Assembly: GCA_017523785.1 (NCBI GenBank)
Contig: JAFWVX010000025.1
Span: forward strand, 9,255-73,254
DNA from: Lachnospiraceae bacterium
GTDB taxonomy: Bacteria; Bacillota; Clostridia; Lachnospirales; Lachnospiraceae
Reading direction: 5' to 3'
DNA length: 64,000 nucleotides
The position numbers and the translations under genes were made by a program. Below, in pieces: positions 33,520 to 45,400 of the stretch (position 1 is the first letter of the stretch; each line of letters opens with the position of its first letter). The notes under the pieces were generated by a model that saw only the letters and a program-made list of their open reading frames with translations, was not told the origin of the DNA and did no database searches.

Positions 33520-35139
33520 ATGGAAACCTTATATAGAAAATATAGACCCATTGATTTTGATACGGTTGTTGGGCAGGATGTCATAGTAAAAACCTTGAGA
33601 AATCAAATAGTTAAAGGAAGCACTGCCCATGCTTACTTATTTTCTGGTACGAGGGGAACTGGAAAAACCACAGTCGCTAAGATATTTGCAAGGGCGATAA
33701 ATTGCCCAAATGAAATAAATGGCAACCCTTGTAATGAGTGTCCAACCTGCAAAGCGGCTCTTGATGGCACTAATTTAAACATAGTTGAACTTGATGCTGC
33801 ATCAAATAATGGCGTTGATGATATAAGAAAAATTATAGAGCAACTTGAGTATCTACCACGAGATGGCGAAAAGAAAAAAGTATTTATCATAGATGAGGTG
33901 CATGCACTTTCGGGTTCTGCGGCTCAGGCATTTTTAAAATCATTAGAAGAGCCGCCAGAGCACGTAGTATTTATACTTGCAACTACTGATCCAAACAAAC
34001 TTCCTGAGACAGTTTTATCAAGATGCCAAAAATATAATTTTAAAAGAATTAACATAGAGTCAATTGTTGCATACCTAAAAAGAATTAGTGAAGCAGAAAA
34101 AATTGACATAGATGAAGATGCTCTAGTTTTCATCGCAGAGAAAAGTGATGGAAGTATGAGAGAGAGTATAAGTAAACTCGATAGAGTTAGAGCATATGCA
34201 AGCAGTGACAAACTTACAAAAGAAAATGTGCTAGATATTTTAGGAATAGTTGATGACGACGATTTTAGCAAACTCACCAAAGCGATAAATGAATCAGATA
34301 TTGAAACCGCAATTAGTGTTTTAAGTGACTGCCTTGAGAGAGGAAAAGATATAAGTCAATTTACAAATGATTTCATTTGGCATTTGAGAAATTTACTTAT
34401 CGCGAAAGACATAAAAGAACCAATCGAGTCATTAAATATAACTAGATCTAATTTTGAAAAGTTAAAAAAAGAATCAGAACTAATTTCTAAAGATGTATTA
34501 ATATATTTTATTGAAGAGTTGTCACGAACAATTAACCTGATGAAGTATGATGAGAATAGAAGAGTTATACTTGAGACAGCTTTCATAAGACTTGCTAGCC
34601 CTGAGACCAACTTTATGGAGACTGCAGTAATGGCAAGACTTGATAATATTGAGAAGGCCCAAAAAGAAGGGATGGTCTATAAGATTGTAGAAAGAGCCGA
34701 AAATGCCGAAAAACAGGGAGATTCAAAGCCTTCTAATTCTGAAGAAGAAAAGCTAGAAAACAAAATTAAAGAAATGAAACTCACGCCTGTCACCATGGAA
34801 GAAATTACGAAGGTGACAGAAAACTGGAAAACCATTGCAGCATCAACTAGTAAAATATTTAAAACTGTCATGATGGAGAGTAAACCTATACCTGGAAATG
34901 AAAAAGAGCCAGGTCTTATAGAAGTACAGGTTGATGAAAAGGGAACTAGTTTTTTAAGAAAGTTTGATGATTATAAAAGTTTAGAAGAGGCACTTGCTAA
35001 GAGTGCAGAAAAAATTATAAACAAAAAAATTATTTTCAAATTAGTTTTAGCTGATGACAAAAAATATGTTAAGAATGTAACATGGTCACTTGATGATGCG
35101 ATAGAAAAGATTGATGCTGATGTTGGAGAAGAAGAATAG
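33520..35139 (+). CDS. dnaX: DNA polymerase III subunit gamma/tau
   Basis: Walker A GTRGTGKTT, zinc module CNECPTC, Walker B FIIDEVH, sensor SRCQ. Confidence 0.9.
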   Translation: METLYRKYRPIDFDTVVGQDVIVKTLRNQIVKGSTAHAYLFSGTRGTGKTTVAKIFARAINCPNEINGNPCNECPTCKAALDGTNLNIVELDAASNNGVDDIRKIIEQLEYLPRDGEKKKVFIIDEVHALSGSAAQAFLKSLEEPPEHVVFILATTDPNKLPETVLSRCQKYNFKRINIESIVAYLKRISEAEKIDIDEDALVFIAEKSDGSMRESISKLDRVRAYASSDKLTKENVLDILGIVDDDDFSKLTKAINESDIETAISVLSDCLERGKDISQFTNDFIWHLRNLLIAKDIKEPIESLNITRSNFEKLKKESELISKDVLIYFIEELSRTINLMKYDENRRVILETAFIRLASPETNFMETAVMARLDNIEKAQKEGMVYKIVERAENAEKQGDSKPSNSEEEKLENKIKEMKLTPVTMEEITKVTENWKTIAASTSKIFKTVMMESKPIPGNEKEPGLIEVQVDEKGTSFLRKFDDYKSLEEALAKSAEKIINKKIIFKLVLADDKKYVKNVTWSLDDAIEKIDADVGEEE

Positions 35140-35736
35140 ATGTTAAGTAGTTCTGAAAATATAGAAAAGTTAATATCTGAACTTGCAAACCTTCCCGGCG
35201 TTGGTAGAAAGTCTGCAGGTAGACTTGCATACCATATAGCAAATACTCCAAAAGAAAAAATTGATTCACTTATTAGTGCTATAAAAAATGTGAGTGAAAA
35301 TATTAAAAGATGTAAAACTTGTTTCACTCTTTCTGACGGTGACATTTGCAATATCTGTGCAAATGAAAATAGAAATAAAAAACAGATAATGGTCGTAGAA
35401 AATGAGCGAGACCTTTTAGCATATGAAAATGTTGGAGAGTATAAGGGTGTGTATCACGTGCTTGGTGGAGCACTTTCGCCTCTTACTGGTATTGGACCAA
35501 ATGAACTAAAGATAAAAGAACTTATGATGCGACTTAAAGATGATATAGAGGAAGTAATAATTGCTACTAATTCTTCAGTAGAAGGCGAGACAACTGCGAC
35601 CTACTTAGCAAAATTAATTAAACCTTTAAATATAAAAGTTACAAGAATTGCATCAGGCGTGCCTGTGGGCGGAGACATTGAAAATATAGATGAAGTAACA
35701 CTTCTTAGAGCGTTTAATGGGAGATTAACTCTATGA
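35140..35736 (+). CDS. recR: Recombination protein RecR
   Basis: HhH LPGVGRKSA, C4 zinc finger CKTC...CNIC, and a Toprim segment. No ybaB/ebfC gene lies between dnaX and recR here. Confidence 0.9.
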   Translation: MLSSSENIEKLISELANLPGVGRKSAGRLAYHIANTPKEKIDSLISAIKNVSENIKRCKTCFTLSDGDICNICANENRNKKQIMVVENERDLLAYENVGEYKGVYHVLGGALSPLTGIGPNELKIKELMMRLKDDIEEVIIATNSSVEGETTATYLAKLIKPLNIKVTRIASGVPVGGDIENIDEVTLLRAFNGRLTL

Positions 35737-37571
35737 TGGACCAAATAGAATTTGAAAACCTGATTGAAAAAATGAAGAGGCGAAAAGACGAGGGTGATAT
35801 CAAGAGAGCGATGAAAGTTGCTGATAAAATCCCTTGGGATGAGGTTAAGGATGTAAATCTATTAATTTATGTTGCAAGTATTTATGAAGAGGGCGAAAAT
35901 TATAGAGATGCAAAAATGATACTTGAATATGCATATGATATTGCACCAGTAAAAAACAGATTGTATTTTGCACTCAGCCTTGTTAATGCAAAATGCAAAG
36001 AGTTAAAAGATGCAATTAGTTATTTTATAGATTTTGATAAAAGTTTCCCTGAGGATAGCAGAAAAAAATTATTAGAATATTACATAATGAAGGCGAAGGG
36101 CGCAGGGACAGAGCAGTTAAAAAGAATTTTAACAGAGTATCTCGCAGAAGAAAAAGATGAAAAGATGTCATTTGAATTAGCGTTGCTAAGTGACAAACTT
36201 GAAGAAAGAGAAGAGGTGCTCGAAATTTGTAACTTCATAGTTAACTTCTATGGTGTAAAGAGAAATGGTTATGGAAAAAATGCCTTGCTTCTAAAAAAGA
36301 AATATGCAAAATTAACGAACGAGGAAGAAAAACTTTTAGTAGATGCAGAAATTGGATATGTGAGAAACGAAGATGCAGAGATAGAGTATAAGGAACCACC
36401 AAATTTTTATAATGATATCAAACTAGATGAAGAGAAGATAAACATCCCTGTTGAAAAAGTTGAGCGAATAAGTGGCGAAGAACCAAGTCATATAAAAGAA
36501 TTATTGGAAAAGAATGAAGATGAGTTAAATGAAAATCAAGTTCCGCAGAGCATAAACATTTCATACACACCCGATGAGGAGAGTTATGCGGAAAAAGAAA
36601 AAAACAAAATGGCTTTTCTTAGTGAGGAACGAAACGACAAAGATAAATTAAAAAAGTTAATCAATGAATTGAAAGAGGAAGAGCGGTTAAACAATAGTGA
36701 GTTCAACAAGTTTAGACAAAAGAGTTTTGAAAAGCAAAGGAGATTTAAGAAAATGAAATTGAGTGAGACAAAACTTCATATGATTATCGAGGCACATTCA
36801 AAAGAAGAGGGAACCGATATTGCGAAAAAAGAACTGGAATACATTCACAACATCTTAGGTGAAAAAGCTGTTATCGCAAAAGCCTCTGCTTACAACATGA
36901 ATGAGAAAGACTTTGCTTTTTATGAAGGGAAAATAAGCGGCAAAGATTTAATTATTGAAAATGCTGGGCAGTTGAAAAATGAGTTAATCGATGAGATTGA
37001 AGAATTCATCATAAATAAAAAAGGAAAAACTCTTTTTGCTTTGGTTGATGTTATAAATAACTTTGATAAACTTGCTACTGAGAGACCTTCTTTTGTGGGA
37101 AGATTTGATATCTACTCAGTGCTTTCAAGTAGACCTCAAGAAAGTTTAGATGTGACTAAAGAAGAGGTTGAAGAATTTAAGGCAACTCAGATGGGTGAAG
37201 TGGAAATGAATGAGGTAAAAGATAGAGTTGCTACACCAAAGAACCCACCTGAGAAGCAAATGAATCTGAAGAATGAAAGACCGGCGAGACATGAGAGAGG
37301 AAATGGATCAGATTTGTCTGTAGACGAGTTTGTAGAAGAGTGCAAAAAGTATGCAGCAGACATAGACTGTGTCATACCAAGCGAGGCAATTCCTGCACTC
37401 TATGAAAAGGCAGAAGAAATGCAAGAGAGCAAAATGCCTTTGAATAAAGAGAATGCCGAAGCTCTCATAGAAGAAGTTGCTGATAGAGCAGAGAAGCCAA
37501 AAATGTTTAAGAAGCCAAAATATGATAAAGAGGGTTGTTTAATTTTATCAGAGGAGCACTTTAATTTCTAA
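35733..37571 (+). CDS. TPR-like N-domain + SpoVK/CbbX-type AAA+ domain with degenerate Walker motifs
   Basis: LHMIIEAHSKEEGTDIAKK aligns to LHM(V/I)F.GNPGTGKTTVAR. GKDLIIENAGQL aligns to GGVLFIDEAYSL. RPSFVGRF aligns to NPGLRSRF. ATGA overlap with recR. Confidence 0.6.
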   Translation: MMDQIEFENLIEKMKRRKDEGDIKRAMKVADKIPWDEVKDVNLLIYVASIYEEGENYRDAKMILEYAYDIAPVKNRLYFALSLVNAKCKELKDAISYFIDFDKSFPEDSRKKLLEYYIMKAKGAGTEQLKRILTEYLAEEKDEKMSFELALLSDKLEEREEVLEICNFIVNFYGVKRNGYGKNALLLKKKYAKLTNEEEKLLVDAEIGYVRNEDAEIEYKEPPNFYNDIKLDEEKINIPVEKVERISGEEPSHIKELLEKNEDELNENQVPQSINISYTPDEESYAEKEKNKMAFLSEERNDKDKLKKLINELKEEERLNNSEFNKFRQKSFEKQRRFKKMKLSETKLHMIIEAHSKEEGTDIAKKELEYIHNILGEKAVIAKASAYNMNEKDFAFYEGKISGKDLIIENAGQLKNELIDEIEEFIINKKGKTLFALVDVINNFDKLATERPSFVGRFDIYSVLSSRPQESLDVTKEEVEEFKATQMGEVEMNEVKDRVATPKNPPEKQMNLKNERPARHERGNGSDLSVDEFVEECKKYAADIDCVIPSEAIPALYEKAEEMQESKMPLNKENAEALIEEVADRAEKPKMFKKPKYDKEGCLILSEEHFNF

Positions 37572-38245
37572 TGCAAGAATTTATTTTAAAAAATTTAATA
37601 AGCATAATTTTTATCTTACTACTAATTTATGGTTTTATGAAAGGCTTTGCAGTAGGTTTCTTAAAAAAAGTTTTGTCGCTTGGAAGCATAATAGTTGCGA
37701 TAATTGCAACAAGATTTTTCACACCAGTGCTAGCAAATTTTGTAAAAGATTTGACAAATATTGAATCAACACTCACGGCAATAATTTACGACTCTATTAT
37801 AAAAAATAATTTTTATGATCAAATTAATATTCCTTGGGTAAGTGGTTCTATAGATACAGGAAATATACAGGAGTCAATTAGAAATGGATTATGCACAAAC
37901 ATTGCAAACGCAATAATTAATTTATTGTGTGGAATAGCTGTGTTCATAATCGTAATCATTTTAATAAAAATAATTTTAAAAGTTTTGGACATAGTAGATT
38001 TTATTCCTGTTGTTGGACAGTTAAATAAAATCTTAGGTGGTGTGTTTGGAATATTTGAAATAATTGTAGTTGTGTGCATTGTGTTTACAATTTTCAAAGC
38101 ACTTGAAAACATTCCACAGATAAAAATTATCACAGACAATATAAAAGCATCACCAATAATTGGTGGTCTTTATAATAACAATTTTATATTTAACTTTTTT
38201 GCTAATTTATTTTCTGCATTTACTGCAGGTGGTAAGGCAGCTTAA
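37571..38245 (+). CDS. CvpA family membrane protein
   Basis: N-terminus IIFILLLIYGFMKGFAVGFLKKVLSLGSIIVAIIA is typical of CvpA. Four TM helices. Confidence 0.65.
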   Translation: MQEFILKNLISIIFILLLIYGFMKGFAVGFLKKVLSLGSIIVAIIATRFFTPVLANFVKDLTNIESTLTAIIYDSIIKNNFYDQINIPWVSGSIDTGNIQESIRNGLCTNIANAIINLLCGIAVFIIVIILIKIILKVLDIVDFIPVVGQLNKILGGVFGIFEIIVVVCIVFTIFKALENIPQIKIITDNIKASPIIGGLYNNNFIFNFFANLFSAFTAGGKAA

Positions 38246-38271
38246 AATATAATTATTTAGGAGGAATAAAA

Positions 38272-38619
38272 ATGGGATTTTTAAATGACATGTTCGGTCA
38301 TGGAACTGAAGAAAAAGTATCAGTCGTAGTAGATGAGACTGTTAAGAAGGGCAAAGCTATAGGAAAAAAAGTTGTTGCTAAGGGAAAAGTAGCAGCAAAA
38401 GCAGCTAAAGAGAAGGCAGAACTTGCTAAATATAAGATTCAAATAGAGAATCTTAAGCTCAAAGTTGGAAATGAAGTGGTAAAAGCAGGGCTTCCAATAG
38501 CTAAAAATGATGCTAAAATCAAGCCATTACTTGATAAAATCAAGGAATTAGAGAAAAAGTCAAAAGAAGTAGGCAAAAACAGCTCTAATAGCAAGGCAAA
38601 AAAATCAAGTAAAAAATAA
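38272..38619 (+). CDS. Lys-rich coiled-coil small protein
   Basis: AGGAGG SD. The 115-aa product is K/A/E-rich. Confidence 0.6.
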   Translation: MGFLNDMFGHGTEEKVSVVVDETVKKGKAIGKKVVAKGKVAAKAAKEKAELAKYKIQIENLKLKVGNEVVKAGLPIAKNDAKIKPLLDKIKELEKKSKEVGKNSSNSKAKKSSKK

Positions 38620-38629
38620 AAAAAAATAC

Positions 38630-38658
38630 TTGCAAAAAAAAGATATTTATAGTAAAAT
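38630..38658 (+). promoter_or_regulatory. Promoter of the tRNA operon
   Basis: TTGCAA (38630-38635), 17-nt spacer, TAAAAT (38653-38658). Confidence 0.6.
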
Positions 38659-38689
38659 CAATAAGCCTATCTTTAGGTAGGCTTAAAAT

Positions 38690-38763
38690 GGCCCGGTGGC
38701 TCAGATGGTTAGAGCGCTGCCCTGTCACGGCAGAGGTCAGGGGTTCGAGTCCCCTTCGGGTCG
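38690..38763 (+). tRNA. tRNA-Asp (GTC)
   Basis: Manual cloverleaf: acceptor GGCCCGG/TCGGGTC, anticodon loop CTGTCAC, T-loop TTCGAGT. CCA is not encoded. Confidence 0.85.
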
Positions 38764-38791
38764 CAGTGGGCGGATAATATCCGCCCCTACA
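38764..38791 (+). repeat. GC-rich hairpin repeat copy between tRNA-Asp and tRNA-Tyr
   Basis: ...CAGTGGGCGGATAATATCCGCCCCTACA. Hairpin GGGCGGA/TCCGCCC plus the family tail CCCCTACA. The shared TCGCAGTG head overlaps the tRNA-Asp 3' end. Confidence 0.7.
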
Positions 38792-38798
38792 ATTTTAT

Positions 38799-38880
38799 GG
38801 ATGGGTTCCCGAGTGGCCAAAGGGGGCAGACTGTAAATCTGTTAGCATCGCTTTCGGTGGTTCGAATCCACCCCCATCCA
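38799..38880 (+). tRNA. tRNA-Tyr (GTA)
   Basis: Acceptor GGATGGG/CCCATCC, anticodon loop CTGTAAA, long variable arm, T-loop TTCGAAT. CCA is not encoded. Confidence 0.85.
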
Positions 38881-38889
38881 AGGTTTTTC

Positions 38890-38962
38890 GGGGTGTTAGC
38901 TCAGCTGGGAGAGCATCTGCCTTACAAGCAGGGGGTCATAGGTTCGAGCCCTATACGCCCCA
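38890..38962 (+). tRNA. tRNA-Val (TAC)
   Basis: Acceptor GGGGTGT/ACGCCCC, anticodon loop CTTACAA, T-loop TTCGAGC. CCA is not encoded. Confidence 0.85.
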
Positions 38963-38986
38963 TTTTTCTAAAAAAACCCATATTAT

Positions 38987-39060
<74 letters not shown>

Positions 39061-39063
39061 CGC

Positions 39064-39092
39064 AAAAAGAAGGCAAAATAGCCTTCTTTTTT
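39064..39092 (+). terminator. Intrinsic terminator of the tRNA operon
   Basis: AAAGAAGGC-AAAATA-GCCTTCTTTTTT. Confidence 0.75.
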
Positions 39093-39416
39093 GTTATGTA
39101 ATAATTTAAATATTAATAATACATAATATAAAAATATGAATAATAATAAAAATAATGTATACCACAATACAACATATAGTAGTTTTATGTCAAATAAAAC
39201 ACACCTTGTAGGGTTTTCTCATTAAAAGAAATTTAATAAAATCGCCAAAAAGTGGCAAAAAATCAATAAAATAAGTATTAAGATTTTATTAAGATTACTT
39301 AAGACTTATTGAGAAAATAAGGGCTTTTTAGTAAAATTATTATGCATAAGTTTAATAGGAGTGGAGGGCCTATTATATTATTTTAGTGTGCAATTTTATA
39401 TTGCAGAGGAAAGAAT

Positions 39417-42400
39417 ATGAAAGAGCAATTTAAAAAACTCATATCTATTATTTTAATAGTCGCAATGACTATTACTAATAATGGTTTATTTGTTTTGGCT
39501 GACAGTGTTGATAATATTGTCGACCAGAGTTTGAGTACTGCTCAAGAAACTCCAAACTATTATTACTATGAGGAAACAACGACAGTTGAAGATTATCAAG
39601 CATACCTTGAGTCAGAAAATCCAGGTGTCTATGACGAAGAAGTAGAGACAAAGGACTATGCTGACAAAAGTGAAGAGGATGAGATTGAATCATCTGAGAC
39701 TTTTGATGTGGAAGAAACCAGTAAAGAAGAATCAGATGAAGTAGAGGATACAAGTGAATCTACAGAGAACGAAGATGAGGAGGAAACAACTACTGTTCGT
39801 GAGGAAACAGAGAAAGAGACAGTAAATGAAAAAGGGGAAGCTGCAACAGAATCTAACGCTGAAGAAATAATAGAGCAAGATGAGGAAGAAGAGATTGCAA
39901 CAAGTTCAGAAATAGAAACTGAAGAGGTGATAGAAGAGAATATAGCAACTGAGTCAGAAATTTTACCTGAAGAAGAAAACAATGTTGAAAACCTTGCGAC
40001 AGAATCAGATATTAACAAAGTAGTTGCGACAGAGTCTGAGTTAGAAGAAAATATTTCTACAAATTCTGAAGCAATGATTGAAAAAGAAATTATCGTTGCT
40101 ACAGTTTCAAAAATATCTTGGAAGGTTAAAAAAGTTTTGATTGCGACATTTGCATCGATAAATGTTAAAGCAAGCGAGACTGAGAAAGAAAGAGTGGCAA
40201 GACTTGCAACTTATGCAAATGTTATCATCGTAAATGATAAAGGTGATGAAAAGATATTTAAAGTAAATCTCAAGTGGAAATTATTTAAGAAATATGATGT
40301 AAACGCAAGATCAGATAAGCAAGAAGCTCCTATACCAAAAGAAGAGTGGAGAAAAACTCTTAAGGTAGATGAGTTCATAAAAGATCAAGAAGAAGTAGTG
40401 GTTTCAACTAGAAATATCGCATTAGTTGAAGAGAGAGTTAAAGAAGAAAATGCAAAATATGAAGATAAAGAATTCGTAGTTAAGTTCCAAAACGATAGTG
40501 AAACTCAAGAAACTACAGTAAACCCAGCTGTAGAAGAAAGCAATGAAAACCCTGCTGAAAATATAGAAACAATAGAAACTACAGTAGTTATTGATGAGAC
40601 TGAAGGTGAGACTTATGAAGAAACTATTGAGACAATTATAGAGACAAGTATTGAAGAGACAAGTAATGAGATTATTGAAGAAGCAACTAAGGAAAATGAA
40701 ATTGATGAACCTACTGTTGCTGGATTTAATAATTCTGAAGACATCGCAAGTAGCAGCGATGTAGAAGAAAGTAAAGAAGTAGAGACAGAAGAAACAGAAA
40801 CTGAAGAAGTAGAAACAGTTGAGTCACAAGAAGAAAGTGAATCAGTAGATCAAAATGAAGAAGTAGAAATTCAAGAAGAACTTGCAACAGCATCTACATT
40901 AGTTGAAGAAGAAATCTCAAATGTTGATACTATGACAACAAATGGTGAAGAAATTTCTGATGAGACAATTGACTATTATGATTTACAAACAATTTATCTC
41001 TATAAAGTTGATGTACCTGCACTCGGTGATGAGATAATAGATATTATCAACAAAGAAAATTCTAATGTTGAAGAGAAAGATGAGACTGAAGAGTTGCTTG
41101 AAGAAAAACCAGAAGGAATAATCGGCGGACTCATGAAACTCTTTGGACTTGGTTCAACTGAAAGTAATGAACAAAATGATGTAGAAGAAACTAAGGAAGA
41201 AGAATTAGAAACATATTTAGAAAATGCAGAGGTTGATATCATTGATGAATCAAGGCTAGAGCCAATGGTTGCAGAGTTTGATGCACATCTTTTAGGAAGT
41301 GGTGCAACTCACGAGCAACATCAGATTTCAGTTTTTGTAAATGGCACAGTTCTGACACCAGACAATATTTTCAATTCTGTAATCGGTGGCGATGAATCAG
41401 ATATGTTAGATTTATCTGAAAATAATAGAAGAATTAAAGCAACAGGGTCAAACATATTCATTGCGGGAACTTATTATTTGCCAAGCGATATAAAAATATC
41501 AAATCAGTGGATAGTTGAAAAAAATAATACTTTGACACTTTGCTTAAATGGGCATGATGTGAAATTTGCAACAGCTGGTTGTGTAAAAGGTGAAGGAAGA
41601 GTGGTTGTATGTAACTGTGGAGGAAGCGCAACTATTTCAACTGATGGACCTACATATAATTGGCATGACAAGTGGTATGCAAGTACATCTGAGACATATA
41701 CTAAGTGGAATGAGCATTCGTTAATAGCAGGAGATGAAGTTGGAGTATATGCAAATGATAATAATATAACATTTTCAAATGTTGTAATTAAGAATCAGTA
41801 TAACGGAAGAAAAGCCGCAGCACAGATGGAAAACACGGAAATAGATGAAGCAGAGTTATCAGGTGATGGTTCTATTCTTTGGGGTAAAAAAGAAATACAA
41901 GTTTATGGAGCAAAATTCGCAAATAATAGAGCAACTAGATCAAATGGTGTTGCTGTAAATGCACAACTTGGAAAGATGACTCTTGAAGACTGCTCGTTTG
42001 TTGATAATAGAAATTTAACAAATAGAGGTGGAGCAGTAGCATTTAACCCTAAAGCAACTATTATAAATAATTGTGTGTTTAAAGATAATATTTCATTTAC
42101 TAATGGTGGGGCACTTTTTGGCAGGTCATATACAAATTCTGTTGAAAGTGTTGAAATTGGAACAAAGATTTCAAAGAGTACATTTGAAAATAATGTAGCA
42201 CTGATAGATGGCGGAGCTATATTTATGGACTATCTTTGCGAAAAAGGAGTGACAATAGAGGGAACGGAAGCAGATAAGGTAGTATTTAAAAATAATTATG
42301 CCGGTGCATCAGGTGGTGCAATATCAGTTAGACATATGAGATCGGTAGATGGACAAGAAGAAAATGCATACTCATATGAAGATCCTACAAGTAGGGGAAG

Positions 42401-45400
42401 GCTTTTAAATATTAATTATGCAGTATTTGAAGGAAATGAAGCAAAGGCACTAATTATAAATAAAAATACAGGAGCCATATCAGAAAATCCCCTTTCTTTA
42501 AAGGAAAATTTTGGTGGTGCAATAAATTTAAATTCTCAGACGATAGTATATAGAACATTCCCTACAGACAGTCCAGTAAAAGAAGTAAATATTAAAAATA
42601 GCTCGTTTAAGAATAATATAGCTAAAGGATTTAAACTTGATATTAAATCAAAAGATATAACAGGAAACTTTACAGGTGAGACATTAGCGACATACTATGC
42701 AGGAAATGCAGGTGGTGCAATTTATGCAAACAAGTTAAATAAGATAAACATAGAAGATTCAGAATTTACAGATAATAAATCTATGACAGGAGCAAACCTT
42801 TGTATAAAAGAAGCTTCGGTAAGTTTTATTGGTGGAAAATTATTAAATGGTAAAGCATATAATAATAGTTATAGTGCATCAGAGTTTTATAAGAGAGTAG
42901 TATCACCTGGCGGTGGTGCAGCATATCTTATGAACGATGCCCATCTTTCTATATCAAAAGAAACTAAGATAGAAACAAATGAAAATGCATTTTATCTTGA
43001 TGGAGGCTCTATTGATTTAGGGGCTGGAACTGTAACAGGAAATACAGGAGAATACTTAATCGGATATGCAAACTATAAGTCAAACAGAATATTGTTTAGT
43101 GGTGTAGATATTAAAGATCATACATTTAATGAGATGAGAAAGGACTATACTTCTACAAGATCTGACGCTGCAACAGGTAAGAGAAATTTTAAAGATGGAT
43201 ATTATCAGACATCTTATATTTCATTTAAAGGAACAAACCTCATAACAAATAATAAAAGAAACTTCTACACAAAAACTGGAACAACATACACAAGTAAGAA
43301 TGAAGAAGCAAATATTGTTATGACAGCATCTGATTCTAATTTACAAATGGATTTGAGCAAATATTTATTTGATGTTCCATTCACAGACCAAGATGTAAGT
43401 CAGGGAATTGGACTTTATTATGACTTTGACCCTGACCCAAATAAAGATCAGATTACCGCATATGATAGATGGACTTATGAAAATGTAAAAGTTATAGACG
43501 AGGGTGGTCTTTGGACAAACTACTTTGAGATAGATAACTCAAGTAAAGGTGAGTGGGCAGAAAACTGGAAGTTTTATATAGAAAAGAATGAGATAAGAAT
43601 GAGTCCGCACATTGTGCAGGTTAAGTTTGACTCCTATATAGAAAATGTTCCAAGAATAAAACCACAGTTCTACAATTTTAGAAAAGGTGGTGGAACGACA
43701 TTAAAAATTGCAACCCCAACAGAGATTGTAAGAAGAGACATTCATACACCAGGAAAGACTTTGCTGGGATTCCTTGGAGTAGACAAATCAAAAGATGTCG
43801 AAAATACAAAATATGATATATGGGATTTTGATAAATGTGAAATTGATCCATCAAGAACTGATGGTGATGTAATAGAGATAATCTTAGTATATACAGATGA
43901 TACAATAAAAATAAAACCATGTGGATGTGAAAATGGTAAAGCTTGTGCTCATGAAGGAGTGAGCATTAATCACTCTGATAGAGGAATTGGAACAAGTGAA
44001 GAAGAAAATAGATATTTAAATTACATTGAAGTAGCAACATACCCTCAACTTGCTTATAAATATAAGGGGAGAAAGACTCAGTATGTATTGAGTAAAGACC
44101 TTAGACTTACTGGAAATCAAGCAAAAGATTATATTGATGGTGGTATGGTTCTTAACCTAAATGGAAAAACTCTTACATATGATACAAGAGAGAGTAACGA
44201 TTCACACATCTTAGATACTACAGGAACAGATGTTATGCATACTGCAAATGACTCAAAGATTATGATCTGTGGTATAGCAACACCAGGAGCAGTAGAAAGA
44301 GGTAAGATAGTAGCTAATGGAACACATAAAGGAGCATTTATATATAGCAATACTGATGTATATCTAAGCTACCTTGACATTATGAATGTATCAGCGGTGG
44401 ATGGTTCTGATAAAGCATTTATACAAAGCGCAGATACAAATATCAATACTTATGTGAATACAAAAGAAGTAACATTTACTAACATAAATTTAAAATCAGA
44501 TTTAATTAATGCCGGTTCAAGAGTTGTGTTATCAGACACAAAGATTTCAAATGCTGAATTAGATGGTAGTGTTGTAAAACTTCGTGCTGAAGCAAACAAG
44601 GAAACCGCTTTTGAATTATTAAACACAGATATTACAGGACTTACCAAAGCAAATGCACTTCTTGGTTCGGATTTAACTAGTCCAACAGGAACAAAAGTTA
44701 GAATATCTACATCAAATATTACTAACAGTGTATTTGAAACTCAGTTAATTAAATTGGATGATTCTTCAACAGGTGCTAACTCTGAATTAAAACTTCAAGG
44801 CGAAGTAAAGATAAATGGAAACAAATTAAATTCTGGTTCAGTATTTATTTCAAATGCAGCAACAAATGGAAGCGACGTATTTGGTGTAAGCGTAGATGAC
44901 AGAATTGAAATTAACAACAACACTCTTCCACATAGCGATGGAGTAACACTTCTTACACTTTACCAGAAGTCAGTTACATTTAAGGGTGATGTATCACTCA
45001 CTGGAAATAAGACTGTTGCAAGTGGTAGAGCAACAGAAAAAGTTAGTGCTGTTAAAGCAGGAAATAATACAAGTGTGTTACTTGATGAAGTTGCTATTAG
45101 AGTAACTGATAACTTAACAAAGTATGAGTGGTATGCTGAAAATACAGACGGAACCACACAGACATTTGAGAAAGCAATATTTACTCAGGTTGCTGGAACA
45201 AAACTTAAGGCTTCAGATTCTATAATAAAGATTAGACTTGCTGTAAGTGACGAGGATGAGTCACAAAAGATTTATGAAAATTGGTCAGCAAATAATATTA
45301 TAGGAGAAAAGGAAGCAGAGGCTACATTCTTAAGAGATGATTCTTATTCTGAAGATGAAGTTGAAGATATCTACAAGAAAGGAAAAGATGAAGAAACTTC

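Noticed and set aside
33874-33880. A AAA AAG-like slippery run in dnaX as a programmed -1 frameshift site (as in E. coli dnaX)
   Set aside because: The six As start on a codon boundary (AAA AAA GTA), so the X XXY YYZ phase is wrong. The site is in the N-terminal ATPase region near Walker B, not at the gamma/tau junction, and no downstream stem-loop was seen.
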